Of a DNA stretch of 64,000 nucleotides, positions 52,441-64,000 are shown piece after piece. A program made the position numbers and the translations under genes. Location of the stretch: the NCBI GenBank assembly GCA_051294905.1, contig CM119383.1:12090001-12154000 (forward strand), given 5' to 3'. Origin of the DNA: Botryllus schlosseri (Eukaryota). The notes below the pieces were generated by a model that was given only the letters and a program-made list of their open reading frames with translations, was not told the origin of the DNA and did no database searches. Within the stretch, counting starts at the first letter, position 1; each line of letters begins with the position of its first letter.

Positions 52441-53591
52441 GTATGACTTCGCTGTAAATGCATATACTGCACATTTCATATTTTCTGTTCCTATAATTAA
52501 TGGAATACAATAATGATCATACGTATAGATATAGTATATTGTATCGAATCCCTCCTTAAATCATAGCAAAATTTATCCTGTAAAGGGCATGGAAGTTGCT
52601 GTTCGTAGCAAGTATCTATTCGGTCTTGCGCATTAAACAATAATGCGGGTTGACCCGACAGATAGAAAATGTATAACTTCGTGAATTCCTAATCCCGTCA
52701 CAATAGATGCAAAACTAATAGATGAATAGCCTACATTGATTTATACAGCCGGAAAAGTTGTTGCAAACTTACGGGGACACTGTAAAACCATGGCGACAAG
52801 CGCTCCCGTCCCTTGTCCTCTGTACTTCATTTTTTCGCATCATAATCATAGTAAAACTTTTGTAGCAGAGTTAGTCGTTATTTGACGTCCCATGCGACAT
52901 GATGACGATGGCTGCAATTGTAAATCCAGCTGTCAATGGAATGCCCCACGAAGGCAGCTCAATGGAAATATTTGTAATATGCGTATTGCGCTGTTTGGGT
53001 AAAGTGGCAATTAAACTCACAGGTATTAGCACAGAATTCCAAACCTTGTACGTTACCGATGACTACGTATTCGGGGAATATAACGGAACGAGTATATAAT
53101 TCCACTTAAGCGCATTATTGCTACTAGTCGCGATGACTTAGCTCGGTTTTACAGATCAGTCGGGGAACGCAGTCGATTGCTGCCTCCATATGTTGCTATA
53201 GCGATTCAAATGGAAATATTTCATAAAGGCATTTCACCAATAAGGGGTGAAGTCTTTCTATGAGTCCGCATGTATGGGACAAGCATCAGTGACGTAATAG
53301 ATGAGCATTAGCTTACCCTTTACAGTGTTTTAGGCACTACCGTATAGTGATTTCTACTTCGTTGTGAAGATATTGCTCTTGAGAAATAGACCGATCGTTC
53401 TAACAGGTGCCAAAACTTCATGATTCGCAATGAAAATCTTCAAGTCTTACCGTGAGTTAGTGTATTATAATAGGGCGTTCCGGATTTATTCGCGTGCAGA
53501 TGCATCAAGTCGATCAATGCCGAATGGAAATACAGAGCTAGTCGATAAAGGATAGAGACTGTAATTTCGATGTGAATTTGGAAGATATAGA

Positions 53592-56500
53592 ATGCCTAAA
53601 ATTAGTGATAGCAGTGGCAATATTCGCATTCCCGCGAAATCGTCGAAACGCGGTTGGGTGCGATGCGATCGTATGCTGGCTGGCAAAACAGTGCTGATAA
53701 CTGGGGCTAACTCTGGAATTGGGCTTGAAACTGCGATTGACTTGGCACGCCGAAAAGCAAAAGTCATCATCGCATGCAGGGATCCCAAAAGAGGAAATGA
53801 TGCAGCAGAGACGGTATGAACCTTGAGTATTTTATATATTTACTGATCATGCATTTATGTACTTCCTCGGGAAACATCATGATTTTGTTCAGACAATTTT
53901 GGTGTGTTCAATAATTTCCATATATCGATTGAATTTAGATCAATCGATGCTCAAATTCTCGCGATGCCACAGCTTGTGTCCTAGATCTGGCTTCGTTTGA
54001 ATCAATACGTACCTGTGTTGATAAATTACTACGCGAAGAAGCGAGGTTGGATATACTAATCAACAATGCAGGTCAGGTTTTTAGCACGATACAGCTAAAT
54101 TACAATTTTGCAATCACGCACAACGTAAATCGCATCGGTCATCCACGATCGTAGAATGCGGTGTTTTCCTTAGCTTATGTGATGAGAATAATCTCAATCT
54201 TTGATAGTTGAACCCTTCAGCACCCTATCACGAGATGTGCTGACACTTTGAAATTTCCCGATATCAGCATCATTGCATGTTAATGTTTTGTTTTAGTACG
54301 AAATAAATTCCCGCTGGCCGTAGCCATTGATATCTGCGATTACTTCTGCTTTGCGAATTAAAGTGATTCTGAAAAGTAATGTCTATGGATGACAAGCATT
54401 ACATATTTACATTTTACATGTTTTGCCATCACTCATCAGCGATAAAATAATATCATAGCCTGCTGATAATTGTACGAACGAACGAACCCGTTTACGACAT
54501 CGATTTCTCGAGTATCTCCTGAATCAACGCACCAGGAATATGTTCCTCATCTTATGCGGATATTTCTATGTAGATTGTAGACTATGTGTCATTATTATGA
54601 ATTTGACAGTTTATTACTATGTGGAGACCCAGACGTTGGGTGTTTGATAAATTTCACCGAGTCGTATGGACAACAAACTTAGTATCATAATGTTGTCATA
54701 CTTTTATTGCATAGAAATATTATCAAAATTTTATCAAAATACACCAGCCAAGGCTGTCTCAACAAAAAGAGTTTGTGTACCATTTAAAAATAGTACATTG
54801 AACCCTCTCATATTCGACATTTCATGCTGGTGACGTCATATTTTGTGATACGATTGTTGATATACGATGTTCTTTTGAATTTTCTAACAGTTGCTGTGGA
54901 TTACTGCTGACGATTGTCAGCCGAAAATATTCGGGTTCATTTCAATATGAATAGCCTATACTATTCGATTGTAGGCCTATATTGAAGTTCTGTATCTCCA
55001 AGAACCTGTTCAAATAGAAATATTAGTCAACATTAATTAACGATGAGATGGTAGCACGGGACCTATACGATACGTAGGCCCCGGATAGAAAATACAATGA
55101 CATAACACTAACAACACTCGGAAACCTATAGATGCAGGCAGAAACTGCGGTTTCTGCACTCGGATGTCCTATTTCAAGTTATTGCAACATCATATATGAG
55201 CCTGGCCGTGTTTAAATGCGGTCCTCTGTAACCCAAATATTACTATCTGTCATGCGAGGTGGTCTGAATGAAGGATATCAAGGAATACAATACTAAATCA
55301 TGATCAGTATAGATTCTTTATTGAAATGCCAACTTTCGATTGATTTTAGGCTATATGGCTAGATATTGGATCGATGCGTCACCGAATTTATTCTTGTGCA
55401 CTGTGCACTGTGCAGATGTCGCAAATTCGGCTCCGTGCGCAAATTATATGTATACCTTGTTAACGATGAATCGCAGAGAATTGACATGTGCCATATTTAT
55501 GTAGTAGGCCTGTGTGGTATTGCTACTGAGTAGCTATCGAACTCATTTTGACCTTATCGACTTGTCGCCGAATGAAAGAGACGCGTCATTAACGACGAAT
55601 TGTAGCGGAACGGTGACCTATTTTTCCAGGTGTCATGATGTGTCCGAAATCGGCCACCAAGGACGGGCATGAGATGCATTTCGGAGTGAATCATTTGGGT
55701 CATTTTCTGCTCACTCTCTTGTTACTCGATTTAATCAAGGTCTGGTTAATGTTACTTCAGCATCCTATAGTTAGGCTACTATTACATATTAATTGATTGA
55801 TTTCCCGAAATATAATTCAGAGGAGCGCTCCAAGCCGGATCATCACTCTTTCGTCAGTCATGCATACAGAGATGTACAACGCTTACATCCACTGGGATGA
55901 CCTGAATCTGGATAGAGGCTACGTCGCACGGGATGCCTATAGCCAGAGCAAACTTATGAATGTGCTTTTTTCAAGAGAGCTCTCGAAGCGATTGAAAGGT
56001 AAAAACGCTCGGGAATGCATACAATAAACCCAAGGACAAGGGTTGACATATCGGACACAGGCAATAAAATGGTTCACCGCATTAAGGCGCCAGAACTGGG
56101 AATTTACTTCAGTTGTATCGGGCCACGGGGAAATGTCGAAAATATATATGGTGCTACCGATCGCCCAATGAAGATCTTAGTCGCAATACATCTTTACGGG
56201 CCTGATGCGACGTATATCTATGAAGCTGAATAGAGACATTAACATGACCTCACCGAAAAATTATGACTTGTATGCAGAATGTGGACGTACTATATGCACT
56301 AGTGACAGCCGTATGGCGTATCATATTCTAAACCATAGATATTACTTATGAATCACTTCGAGATAAATATGCCTATAGCCTGCAACTTCTGCGACCATTT
56401 CCATCAGCCAGGCTACGGGTTTATATTAGATATTACACTATTTGCAACCAGAAGTGGTCAGTAACGAAGTACATCTTCTTTTTCGAGTACTCAAGTTGGC

Positions 56501-57141
56501 GTTGCCTATTCGTATTCAAGTGCTTTTATTTCTAGACTATACTTCCACTTAACAGTTTTCAGTTTTTAAGAAAAACCTGGCAGAGAATATTAGTTACTTT
56601 TTGCTCACTTGTAAATCACTATACCTCATCTACTTCTAGTTGAGTACAAATTTACGACATTGCTTGCTACTTCCACTTTATTAGCAGCGATGACTACTTT
56701 GATCAGCTGCATTTGCAGTGTTCTTAATCCCACTGACTCGCTATGCTATAGGTACTGGCGTCACTACATACTGCGTCCATCCGGGTCTGGTTAGGACCAA
56801 CATCCTGCAACACGTCGGGGAAAACACATCATGCTGGGACTCACTATTTTGTTGCGTGTCAAAATTAACCAAGTACTTTTGGAAAACGCCCGAGCACGGA
56901 GCGCAAACATCTATCTACTGCGCCATTGCACCGGAACTCGAAGACGAAACAGGGTTATACTATTGGTACGTATCGTCGAGAAATCGGGTTAGTCTCACTT
57001 GAAAATATCCGTTCCGGTCACAGTGACTGCAAGAAGAAAAGAGAAGCTCCGCGCGGAAGAGATGATGCCGCCGCGGAAAGATTATGGAAAATAAGTTGCG
57101 ACATTACCGGTACTGACAATATCGCCATCGATGAAAATTGA
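53592..57141 (+). CDS. Short-chain dehydrogenase/reductase, retinol dehydrogenase 11/12/13/14-like, ~324 aa, 6 exons
   Basis: Exons 53592-53813, 53939-54071, 55630-55739, 55821-55998, 56752-56965, 57024-57141 (975 nt, phases match). Motifs: [13 protein letters not shown] (basic residue suggests NADP(H)), [27 protein letters not shown], catalytic [29 protein letters not shown] small upstream exon (53420-53451) may extend the N-terminus. Confidence 0.92.
54841..55010. repeat. Family A copy 5, SDR intron 2
   Basis: TTTTGTGATACGATTGTTGATATACGATGTTCTTT...GTCAGCCGAAAATATTCGGGTTCATTTCAATATGAATA...ATTGAAGTTCTGTA. Confidence 0.75.
56449..56710. mobile_element. MITE family B copy, reverse orientation, in SDR intron 4
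   Basis: Begins CAGAAGTGGTCAGTAACGAAGTAC, the reverse complement of the 26755 copy's right end. Ends GACTACTTTGATCAGCTGC. TSD degenerate. Confidence 0.7.
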
Positions 57142-57722
57142 CGTCTGTTACTGCTCACCTAAACAGAATGGCGAGAACTGAGGTATATGGGGTTGTAAAA
57201 CCCGGACTTGAAACTTCAGTCGAAAAGAGGTGTGATGGCGTCTACAGTTCTTCCGAAACATTGAAATCGCTGCTTTGGTGGATAGATAGTTATTGTGCAT
57301 TACTAAAACTATCGACATTGATGCAATTTCACTTTCTCCTTCCGATGGATGCGGTCCGTGTAGCAGATCGCCCATTGAAACCTATTTTGCCATGCATCGC
57401 GTGTATAATATCAAGATATGTATATTGCTCAGGCGATGTCAATTTATTGTATGAAAATTACGCTTGATGACGCAACAAATGGAAAGCGGAAGTAGCAAAT
57501 GACGATAACGTATCATCAGAAATAGGCCTGTAATTATTTGAACTGTTGCCTAATTTCACAGCTTCTGGTATATCGAACGTAGGATAGATATTTGAATTCT
57601 AATATATTTTTGAAAAACGTCGAAACTGCATTTGATTGAATGATCAGGAGTATTGGAACTAAGTTATATAGACAGCTCTAACCGGGCTCGAAAATATAAA
57701 TCGTATGCGTGGTCGATATTAA

Positions 57723-58009
57723 AGGGGCACTGCGCTCTAAAAATGATGAGGTCTCAAATTGAAAGGCAAAACGAAAGAAAAATTTTGGCCGCAGCCGTTC
57801 TCTTCAGAACGCCACCGTAATGGAGCTGTAATGTATTGAAATTTCCAGAGTTGCAGCACGCTCCAGCAGTCACGCAGAGATCGAACTTTATTTCAATACA
57901 TTACAGCTCCATTACGGTGGCGTTCTGAAGAAAACGGATGCGGCCAAAATTATTTTTTCGTTTTGTCCTTCAATTTGAGACCACATCATTTTTAGAGCGC
58001 AGTGCCCCT
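57723..58009. mobile_element. Shorter, internally deleted copy of the same Kolobok-type MITE
   Basis: TTAA|AGGGGCACTGCGCTCTAAAAATGATG...CATCATTTTTAGAGCGCAGTGCCCCT|TTAA. The arm sequence is shared with 15997-16680. Confidence 0.88.
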
Positions 58010-58499
58010 TTAATGTCGAGCAGAGAATGTTGAGAGCGTTTCTTTTGTGATCACAATTATACAAATACCAGAACATCGTTTCCAGCCAAGTCAGGTGGTT
58101 AACTTGAAACGACGACACGTACTCTTTAGAATCCGCTCTCAATCGTCAGCAATAAAATTGAGAAACTCGGAAAGGCGCATAACCTGTATTGCTATCAATG
58201 GAGCCGAAAAAAATACATAAAACGAAGGCAACCAACATAGTCACATTACATAATTTGGCTCGTATAACTCAAAGGAACGAAACACATCGAATTACAAAAC
58301 CAGATCGTGATCTCAACGCATTTCAGATGCACCTGCCATCTCAGAAAAATGATCATTATAAACTATTTTGCATATGCATATTGCTCAATTTTATAAATAC
58401 GGTCGTGACGCAAAACTACCTTTTCATGGATATCAGGGGTGGCCAACCTGCAGGCAGTTCTTTGTGGTGGCATAAAAGGTACATATTTGAACCTTGACC

Positions 58500-58614
58500 A
58501 CAACATGTTGTGACGTCATCATGAGTGATACTCGACTCGACTCGACTCGAAGCGTAATACGAGGTTCAGAATCGAATAACTCAGGTATATCCTATTCGAA
58601 TTTCCCGAGCCCTA
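58500..58614 (-). mobile_element. Inverted partial copy of the family D left end
   Basis: TGACGTCATCATGAGTGATACTCGACTCGACTCGACTCGAAGCGTAATACG...GAGCCCTA is the reverse complement of ~60925-61045. Confidence 0.7.
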
Positions 58615-59146
58615 GTTTGAAACATCGGTTTTTTGCATTTTTGTTCAAAGCTCAACCTCAGGCATGACACATATGAGATGAAATAAAACACTGTTTTGGA
58701 AGTGGCGATGTGGAGGTGCTGTCGTGATAACGTGGACACAGTGAATATACTGTAAAATGTTTGCATTAATACTATAGCAAATTAGCTAATATACCTCACA
58801 GTACAGTTTTCTTAATTAACGGCGAGGTCGTCTAGATTTTCCAGGTTATTTAGTAACAAGCTAAGTATATCTAATATGAGATAAGGACTATATAAATATG
58901 AATTGTTTGACGGGTGCCAATAAATGTACTGTGACGGACAACACAAAAGCTGCAATGAGTGAGGAGTCCGTAAATCTTATCTGGCATATTGCTCACGAAG
59001 TGGCATGTCGACATGAGACTGTTATACAACATTGAGGAGTTTAAACGAGCCTGGACAGCTCAGTGCAGAAGCTAGGCTCTGAATCAGATACAAATGATCG
59101 ATTCCATATAGTTAGAATTCGGTGGTGTGTGAAAGCAAGATTAGCG

Positions 59147-62100
59147 ATGCAAGACGACAACAAAGTTAGATGGTTTAAAAGTTTATTGTTGGTCACCATA
59201 ATTTCCATGTGGGTGAGTATATTTTTTGTCGAATCATGCTGAATTGATTGAAATGAGTAGGCGTCTAGATGGAGCCAAATGCCTTCAACAATCAACAAGT
59301 TAATAATTTTGGCCTAAAGAATAATAGTTTTCGATGGACAAGTTGATGTGATATATAATATCTGTAAGCAGGATGTCTGCGGCAAGGTTTGGTTATTTGG
59401 AACTGCTGATGAATGTGATTGTTGATTTTGACAATAATAAATATGAATGTAGGCCTATATATCCGTTGTAATATGGTTACCGTACGTCCTTTTTTCAAGA
59501 GGATTAGCCTCTTTTTTGACTTTTTTAAAGTGTCCTCGGAGGACGCCCAAATGTCCTATTTTTTGAGAATTTTGGTTAAATATCTGGCAAAATCGACTTA
59601 GATACAGCAAATCAGCACCGAAGTAACGCTCCGCCGGGTATTTCGGTAGCTGGGCCGGAAAGTTGACCTTTTTTTAGTCAACCGACCACGATGCGGGAAA
59701 AATTTACCATTTTTTCAGGATTTTCCTCCGGTTTTGCAAGTCTGAAAATTTTGAAAACGTGTCCTCTTTTCAGATTTCCAAAACATGGTAACCCTACCGT
59801 TGTTCCCATCAATGGTTTAGTAAAGTAGCCACGGCGTCCGTGACAGGCGCTCCGGGATAGCATGGGGAATAAACTCTGGGGGTGCTGACTGCTGATATCG
59901 TTGTGATTCCATCCGTAGCCCGTATAGGCGAGGCGTGTGAGAACCAGGATAGACATTTTAGGTTTGTGGTCGGTCAACTTTTGCCTACACGGTACACGGT
60001 ACGGGAAAACACAGGTATTAAGTATAAATGGAAGCACCTGCATGTAGTCATTCAATACTAATCGGCTTATCGGTCGCCTGTATCAACACAACTCAAATCG
60101 ACAAACATCGCACCATACTCACTGTGGGGAGTCATTATCGGTAACGCAGGTTATCTCCGACCAAATTATTTTGAAATGCAAATACACTTACATGCCGATA
60201 AGCAAACACTGTTATCTAAATTCACTCACGTTCAATGACCTTTTGCTGATCATTAATTGTAAGATATGCATCTTACTGGTCGAGAATTTTTCGGATTTCG
60301 ATATAAGGCACACAAGTCATCACGAAAGAATTTGCTTTCAACTTCTTCTTCCTGTCTAATCGCTTGTTATTGTTGCGAACATACACGTCTTGCTGTCATA
60401 TTTGCCTGCGTTATGCTGGACTCCTGTTGTTGAAATTTCAGATGGCTAATTGGCATACGTCACTGGTCAAACTAGCCCGCGTTATACTCAGGTTTAGACT
60501 TTTTTAGTCCACTGGTCCGAAGCAGAGAATATAATTCGTATAGCTAGGAAATCAACGCCACTTAGTTATATAGCCTTCCGTATGCGCTTGACAATATTTT
60601 ACATTCCAGGTAACTTCATTAACAATGATTGGGATCGCTTGCTGGATCCGAGACAACCTGAGCTCCATAATCGTCGTAGCGGACGGAACAGACGTTGGAA
60701 ACTTTTACATTCAGTCCTTCTTTCCGATTGTGTTCCCAGTACTGATAACAGCGTCTTGCCTCATGCTTGTTATCGGATGTGTGGGATGCTGTGGAACTTG
60801 CTCTGACAACAGAACGCTACTGGGATGGGTATGTAGGCTACTCTACAATGACATGGTTTACGAGGATCCCCGACCTTCATAGTGTCTGTGCGAGTCAACG
60901 ATCCTGTGCCGATAGTGTTATGACTAGGGCTGTGCAAAATCGAGTACCTGAGTGATTCGATTCTTAATCATCATTATCTGAATCATTATTCCGTATTATG
61001 CTTCGAGTCGAGTCGAGTATTCGAGTATCACTCATTATGACGTCAAAAGAGAATGGAAGAAGTCAAATTTCAAATATGTTCCTTTCTTACCACCCGAAAG
61101 AATTTAATGCCTGTATTATCCATCACATTAAAGATACTTTGGTACTTTTTTCGACCATACCGATTTCAATGCGCTTTGCGACATTGTGAGATGGTCAGGA
61201 TTTCGGAAATGGGTTATCTCAAGTAACGCTAGTAGCTTTGTACTATATGTTCCGTATGCTGTCATGCGGCCAATTGCGGTTTCAAGGCTTGCACATTGGA
61301 AAATAGCGCCGAAACTATAATTCTCGTCGATAAATAACTTTCAGTGGCGAGGAGCGTATAATTTCAGTACTCGACCAAATCATCTTTTACTACTCGACTC
61401 GAATCATTGAAATTAGGCTATTACTCGATTCAGAATCGAGTACTCGAATCATTATGCCCAGCCCTAGCCATGACCATACCAGAGCCATATCCGTAACAGT
61501 AGGCCCTACTTTTCTGAAATTTACCATGCGGCCCAGACCCTATAATGACTCACTTGAGAATGACGCAAACACTGAATAAAATTTTAGTTTTTCGTATCAC
61601 TGCTGGTGACCTTCTGCATTGAAATAAGCGCTGGAATAGCGGGGAAGTGGGATTGGAGTAACAACTCGAACAGGCGCGATGTGGACATGATGAATGAGAA
61701 AATGAAATCGATGGAATGGCAGCAAAGAGACTGGTTGAATCAAGCGTGGAAAGAGATACAAACGAAGGTAGACTAATTCGATTACTGGAGATTCCTCTCT
61801 TACACATTTCAAGCTAAAATCAACTATACGGCTCTTATACAGTTCAACTGTTGCGGCATAAAGTGGTCGGATGATTGGAAAAGTTACGGAAAACTCTCGA
61901 GTGGATGCTCGGACGGCGAGCAAAACGAAATTTTGCAATGTGGCGAAGCGCTGATCATTTTCCTTACGAAGACAACCATTCTACGTGTTGTACCGTTTCT
62001 AGCGTCGATATTGGGACTTCTACAAGTACGTATGCTACGTAGCTTGAATATATTTATGTACATTGCACGATGCACATACTAAATACACGCATCGGGCGGA

Positions 62101-63640
62101 GCCGTGATGACCTCACGGGCTCAGTTTTCACATAGAATTATTCAGAAGTGGTCAAGTTGTCGTAACATCTTAATTTCTACTGAAGCGCAAGTAGAAGTAG
62201 CGTAAGCAAGAAGGAAGTATATTTTAGGCCTAGTTTTGCCTAAACACTAAAAAATGTTAAGTAGAAGTGGAAGAATATACTAAAATCATAGCCATTTGAA
62301 TATGTAGAGCAAGTAGGCAGAACCGTACTTGAGTACTCCACAAAAGTAGAAGTACTTTGTTACTGACAACCTCTGGAAATCTCCGACCACGGATTGCTTA
62401 CTTGACGCCTTGCGTATCATCGGTGTCTTGTTTAGATAACGGTTTCCAGCGGCTATCATGCGTTCATCACAAGTAATTGATGAAATATATGTTTGTCCAC
62501 GCTAACTTAAACTATCTCTATACGCGCCCATTGGTTGAAAAATTACCATATTAAATCGATGCATTTCGATTAGCCTATTTGTGGTTTCATTGAACCGGTA
62601 CATTTTACAATGTACAATGTACATTGTGTACATATTACAAATCCAAACATCATTGGATTTCGATTTGTTACGTTTGCATCGAAGCGCTCCGTAGCCTGCT
62701 GAAAAATCCATTTTTCAAAGACTACAAAATCCACTCAATCACTCACCTCTAAGTAATAAATTACTATTTCCAGGTTACTGCCTTGATCGTCACTGCGAAA
62801 TTGTGGACATTAGCAAGTGTAGACGAGCGCATGAAGTTACCTAACACAACCTACGTCACGACTGCTGAACAGCCTAACTCGCAAACAGCAATACAACTCG
62901 AACCATTGCTGAAGACCGTTTCGGCGCCAACGTCGCGACATTCCACGCTAACAGCGCATTCATCCAGAGAGGAATTGAAGTTGAAATCTTTAAATTTTCC
63001 ACAAAAGAGCAAACTTTACAACGAAAGTTGCCCACAATGCATCATGAAATGGTACGAAGAGACCAAACTGATGACGTCTTCCAGACTTGAAGCCGAGTAT
63101 AGGCAATATCAAGCGCAACATAGCCGGTTACGGCGAGATAGGACGCGTCGTAGTGACGAACTGCTGCATAGTAGATCGTCAAGAGAGATACAAAGACAGC
63201 AGAGACCTAAATATAGCAGTCAACACATGGTTAAAAGCGCGAGTTACGGGAGCCCAACAGACTGGAGAACACCTAGCCTTCGTTCGGTTTCAAAAAGCTC
63301 GCGAGAATGTCACAGCGCTTCTTTGCCTAGAAGAAAACATCCTTACGTGCGGCAGCATCGTCGCTTCGATTACTCCCGAAACTTTATTCAGCGGCTATCG
63401 ACCATCCGAGCGTCCGGGGTGGCTGTGGAGAGCGATAGCTCATCAGAGCTCGACGAATCTCCCCGGGAAGAATTGGGCGATAGCCGTTGTTACAACACAG
63501 AAGCTGGATCTTCCTCTTCCGGCGACAGAGAGCCTTATTTTCACTATGTGAGAGATCGGCATATAAGCGAGCCTGGAAATGCAGTCGGGTACGTATTCGA
63601 AGTTCGGAAACAAAAAGCGTCCGACTACACAACTTTATGA
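59147..63640 (+). CDS. TSPAN12: Tetraspanin, TSPAN12-like, ~504 aa with very long C-terminal tail, 5 exons
   Basis: Exons 59147-59212, 60610-60828, 61588-61767, 61843-62025, 62774-63640 (1515 nt, all phase 0, GT-AG). Four TM segments, GCVGCCG and EC2 FNCCG. TSPAN12-like words from memory: WIRDNL (WMRDYL), FFPIVFPVLI (YFPVVHPVMI), LLGWFF (LLAWYF), DWLNQAW..IQ (RWLTHAW..FQ). The family call is secure; the orthology is less so. Confidence 0.85.
59471..59796. mobile_element. hAT (Blackjack-like) MITE in tetraspanin intron 1
   Basis: Ends TATGGTTACC/TGGTAACCCTA. Flanks CCGTTGTA and CCGTTGTT (7/8 TSD). Subterminal GTCCTC/TTTT motifs. Confidence 0.7.
60925..61466. mobile_element. hAT-type MITE family D (TCGAG-rich), 542 bp, in tetraspanin intron 2
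   Basis: TIR TAGGGCTGTGCA/TGCCCAGCCCTA (11/12). TSD GTTATGAC/GCCATGAC (6/8). (TCGAG)n subterminal arrays. Confidence 0.8.
62143..62375. mobile_element. MITE family B copy in tetraspanin intron 4
   Basis: CAGAAGTGGTCAAG...AAAAGTAGAAGTACTTTGTTACTGACAACCTCTG is collinear with 26755-27010. Confidence 0.75.
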
Positions 63641-64000
63641 CAACGGAACATCAAAAAATAAACCGTTCCACTGCTGCAACGTCATTCGCACAGAGACAAG
63701 TACAGAGTTATTGGAACAAATGAGAACTCTTGATGGGATTCCGTCAAGTAGGCCTATGTGAATGTAAGACGTTCGGGACAGCTCAACTGAAGGCGAAATT
63801 CGCTCCACTGCCATGGCATGATCTAACCAAGTTATACTCTGGAATCCTGGATTGTGATTTTTTTGGTGACTTTGTATTACCGAACGAGCTAACATTTCGT
63901 CTTAATAGAAATATTCCCACTCTGGAACTATATACAATACAGAGACAATATTGAAGAGCGTACATGATTTGATTGCCGTTCCCCGTCCATTGCAACGTTC

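Noticed and set aside
55349-55452. Possible extra SDR exon in intron 2
   Set aside because: Exons 2 and 3 already join as NNAG-VMM, leaving no room in the fold, and the donor phase does not fit.
60442-60507. ATG GCT AAT TGG... as first tetraspanin exon
   Set aside because: It hits a stop and has no phase-0 donor. Exon 59147-59212 has GTGAGT and encodes the expected TM1 start.
63087-63551. 154-aa ORF overlapping the tetraspanin tail in another frame
   Set aside because: No recognisable motif or independent entry point; plausible by chance in GC-richer coding DNA.
1-64000. CRISPR arrays, rRNA, tRNA genes or prokaryotic defence systems
   Set aside because: The DNA is spliced eukaryotic sequence. 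No regularly spaced repeats, rRNA or complete cloverleaf were seen; the only tRNA-like bit is the SINE head.

Overview
AT-rich metazoan nuclear DNA, not prokaryotic. It reads as an invertebrate deuterostome and most plausibly an ascidian: chordate-like but divergent proteins and several 58-75 nt introns (the taxon is inference). Seven genes can be built by hand with GT-AG introns and consistent phases: ARHGEF7/beta-PIX (minus, 16 exons, 137-20617), COA3 (minus), intronless CTIF (plus), COMMD7 (plus, 4 exons), RSBN1-like (minus, 5 exons), an RDH11/12/13-type SDR (plus, 6 exons) and a TSPAN12-like tetraspanin (plus, 5 exons). Non-coding DNA holds many non-autonomous DNA transposons (hAT-type with 8-bp TSDs, Kolobok-type foldbacks, a pogo-like relic), a MetaSINE-like fragment, a probable LINE relic and a 130-N gap. 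Best leads: (1) a tetraspanin with a ~275-aa cytoplasmic tail ending in an ITIM/PDZ-like motif and a 4-Cys large loop; (2) possible tunicate-type operons COA3-PIX and CTIF-COMMD7 diverging from one interval; (3) a 684-bp foldback in a PIX intron; (4) one hAT family nested independently in two different host MITEs. All counts and alignments were done by eye or from memory, not computed.
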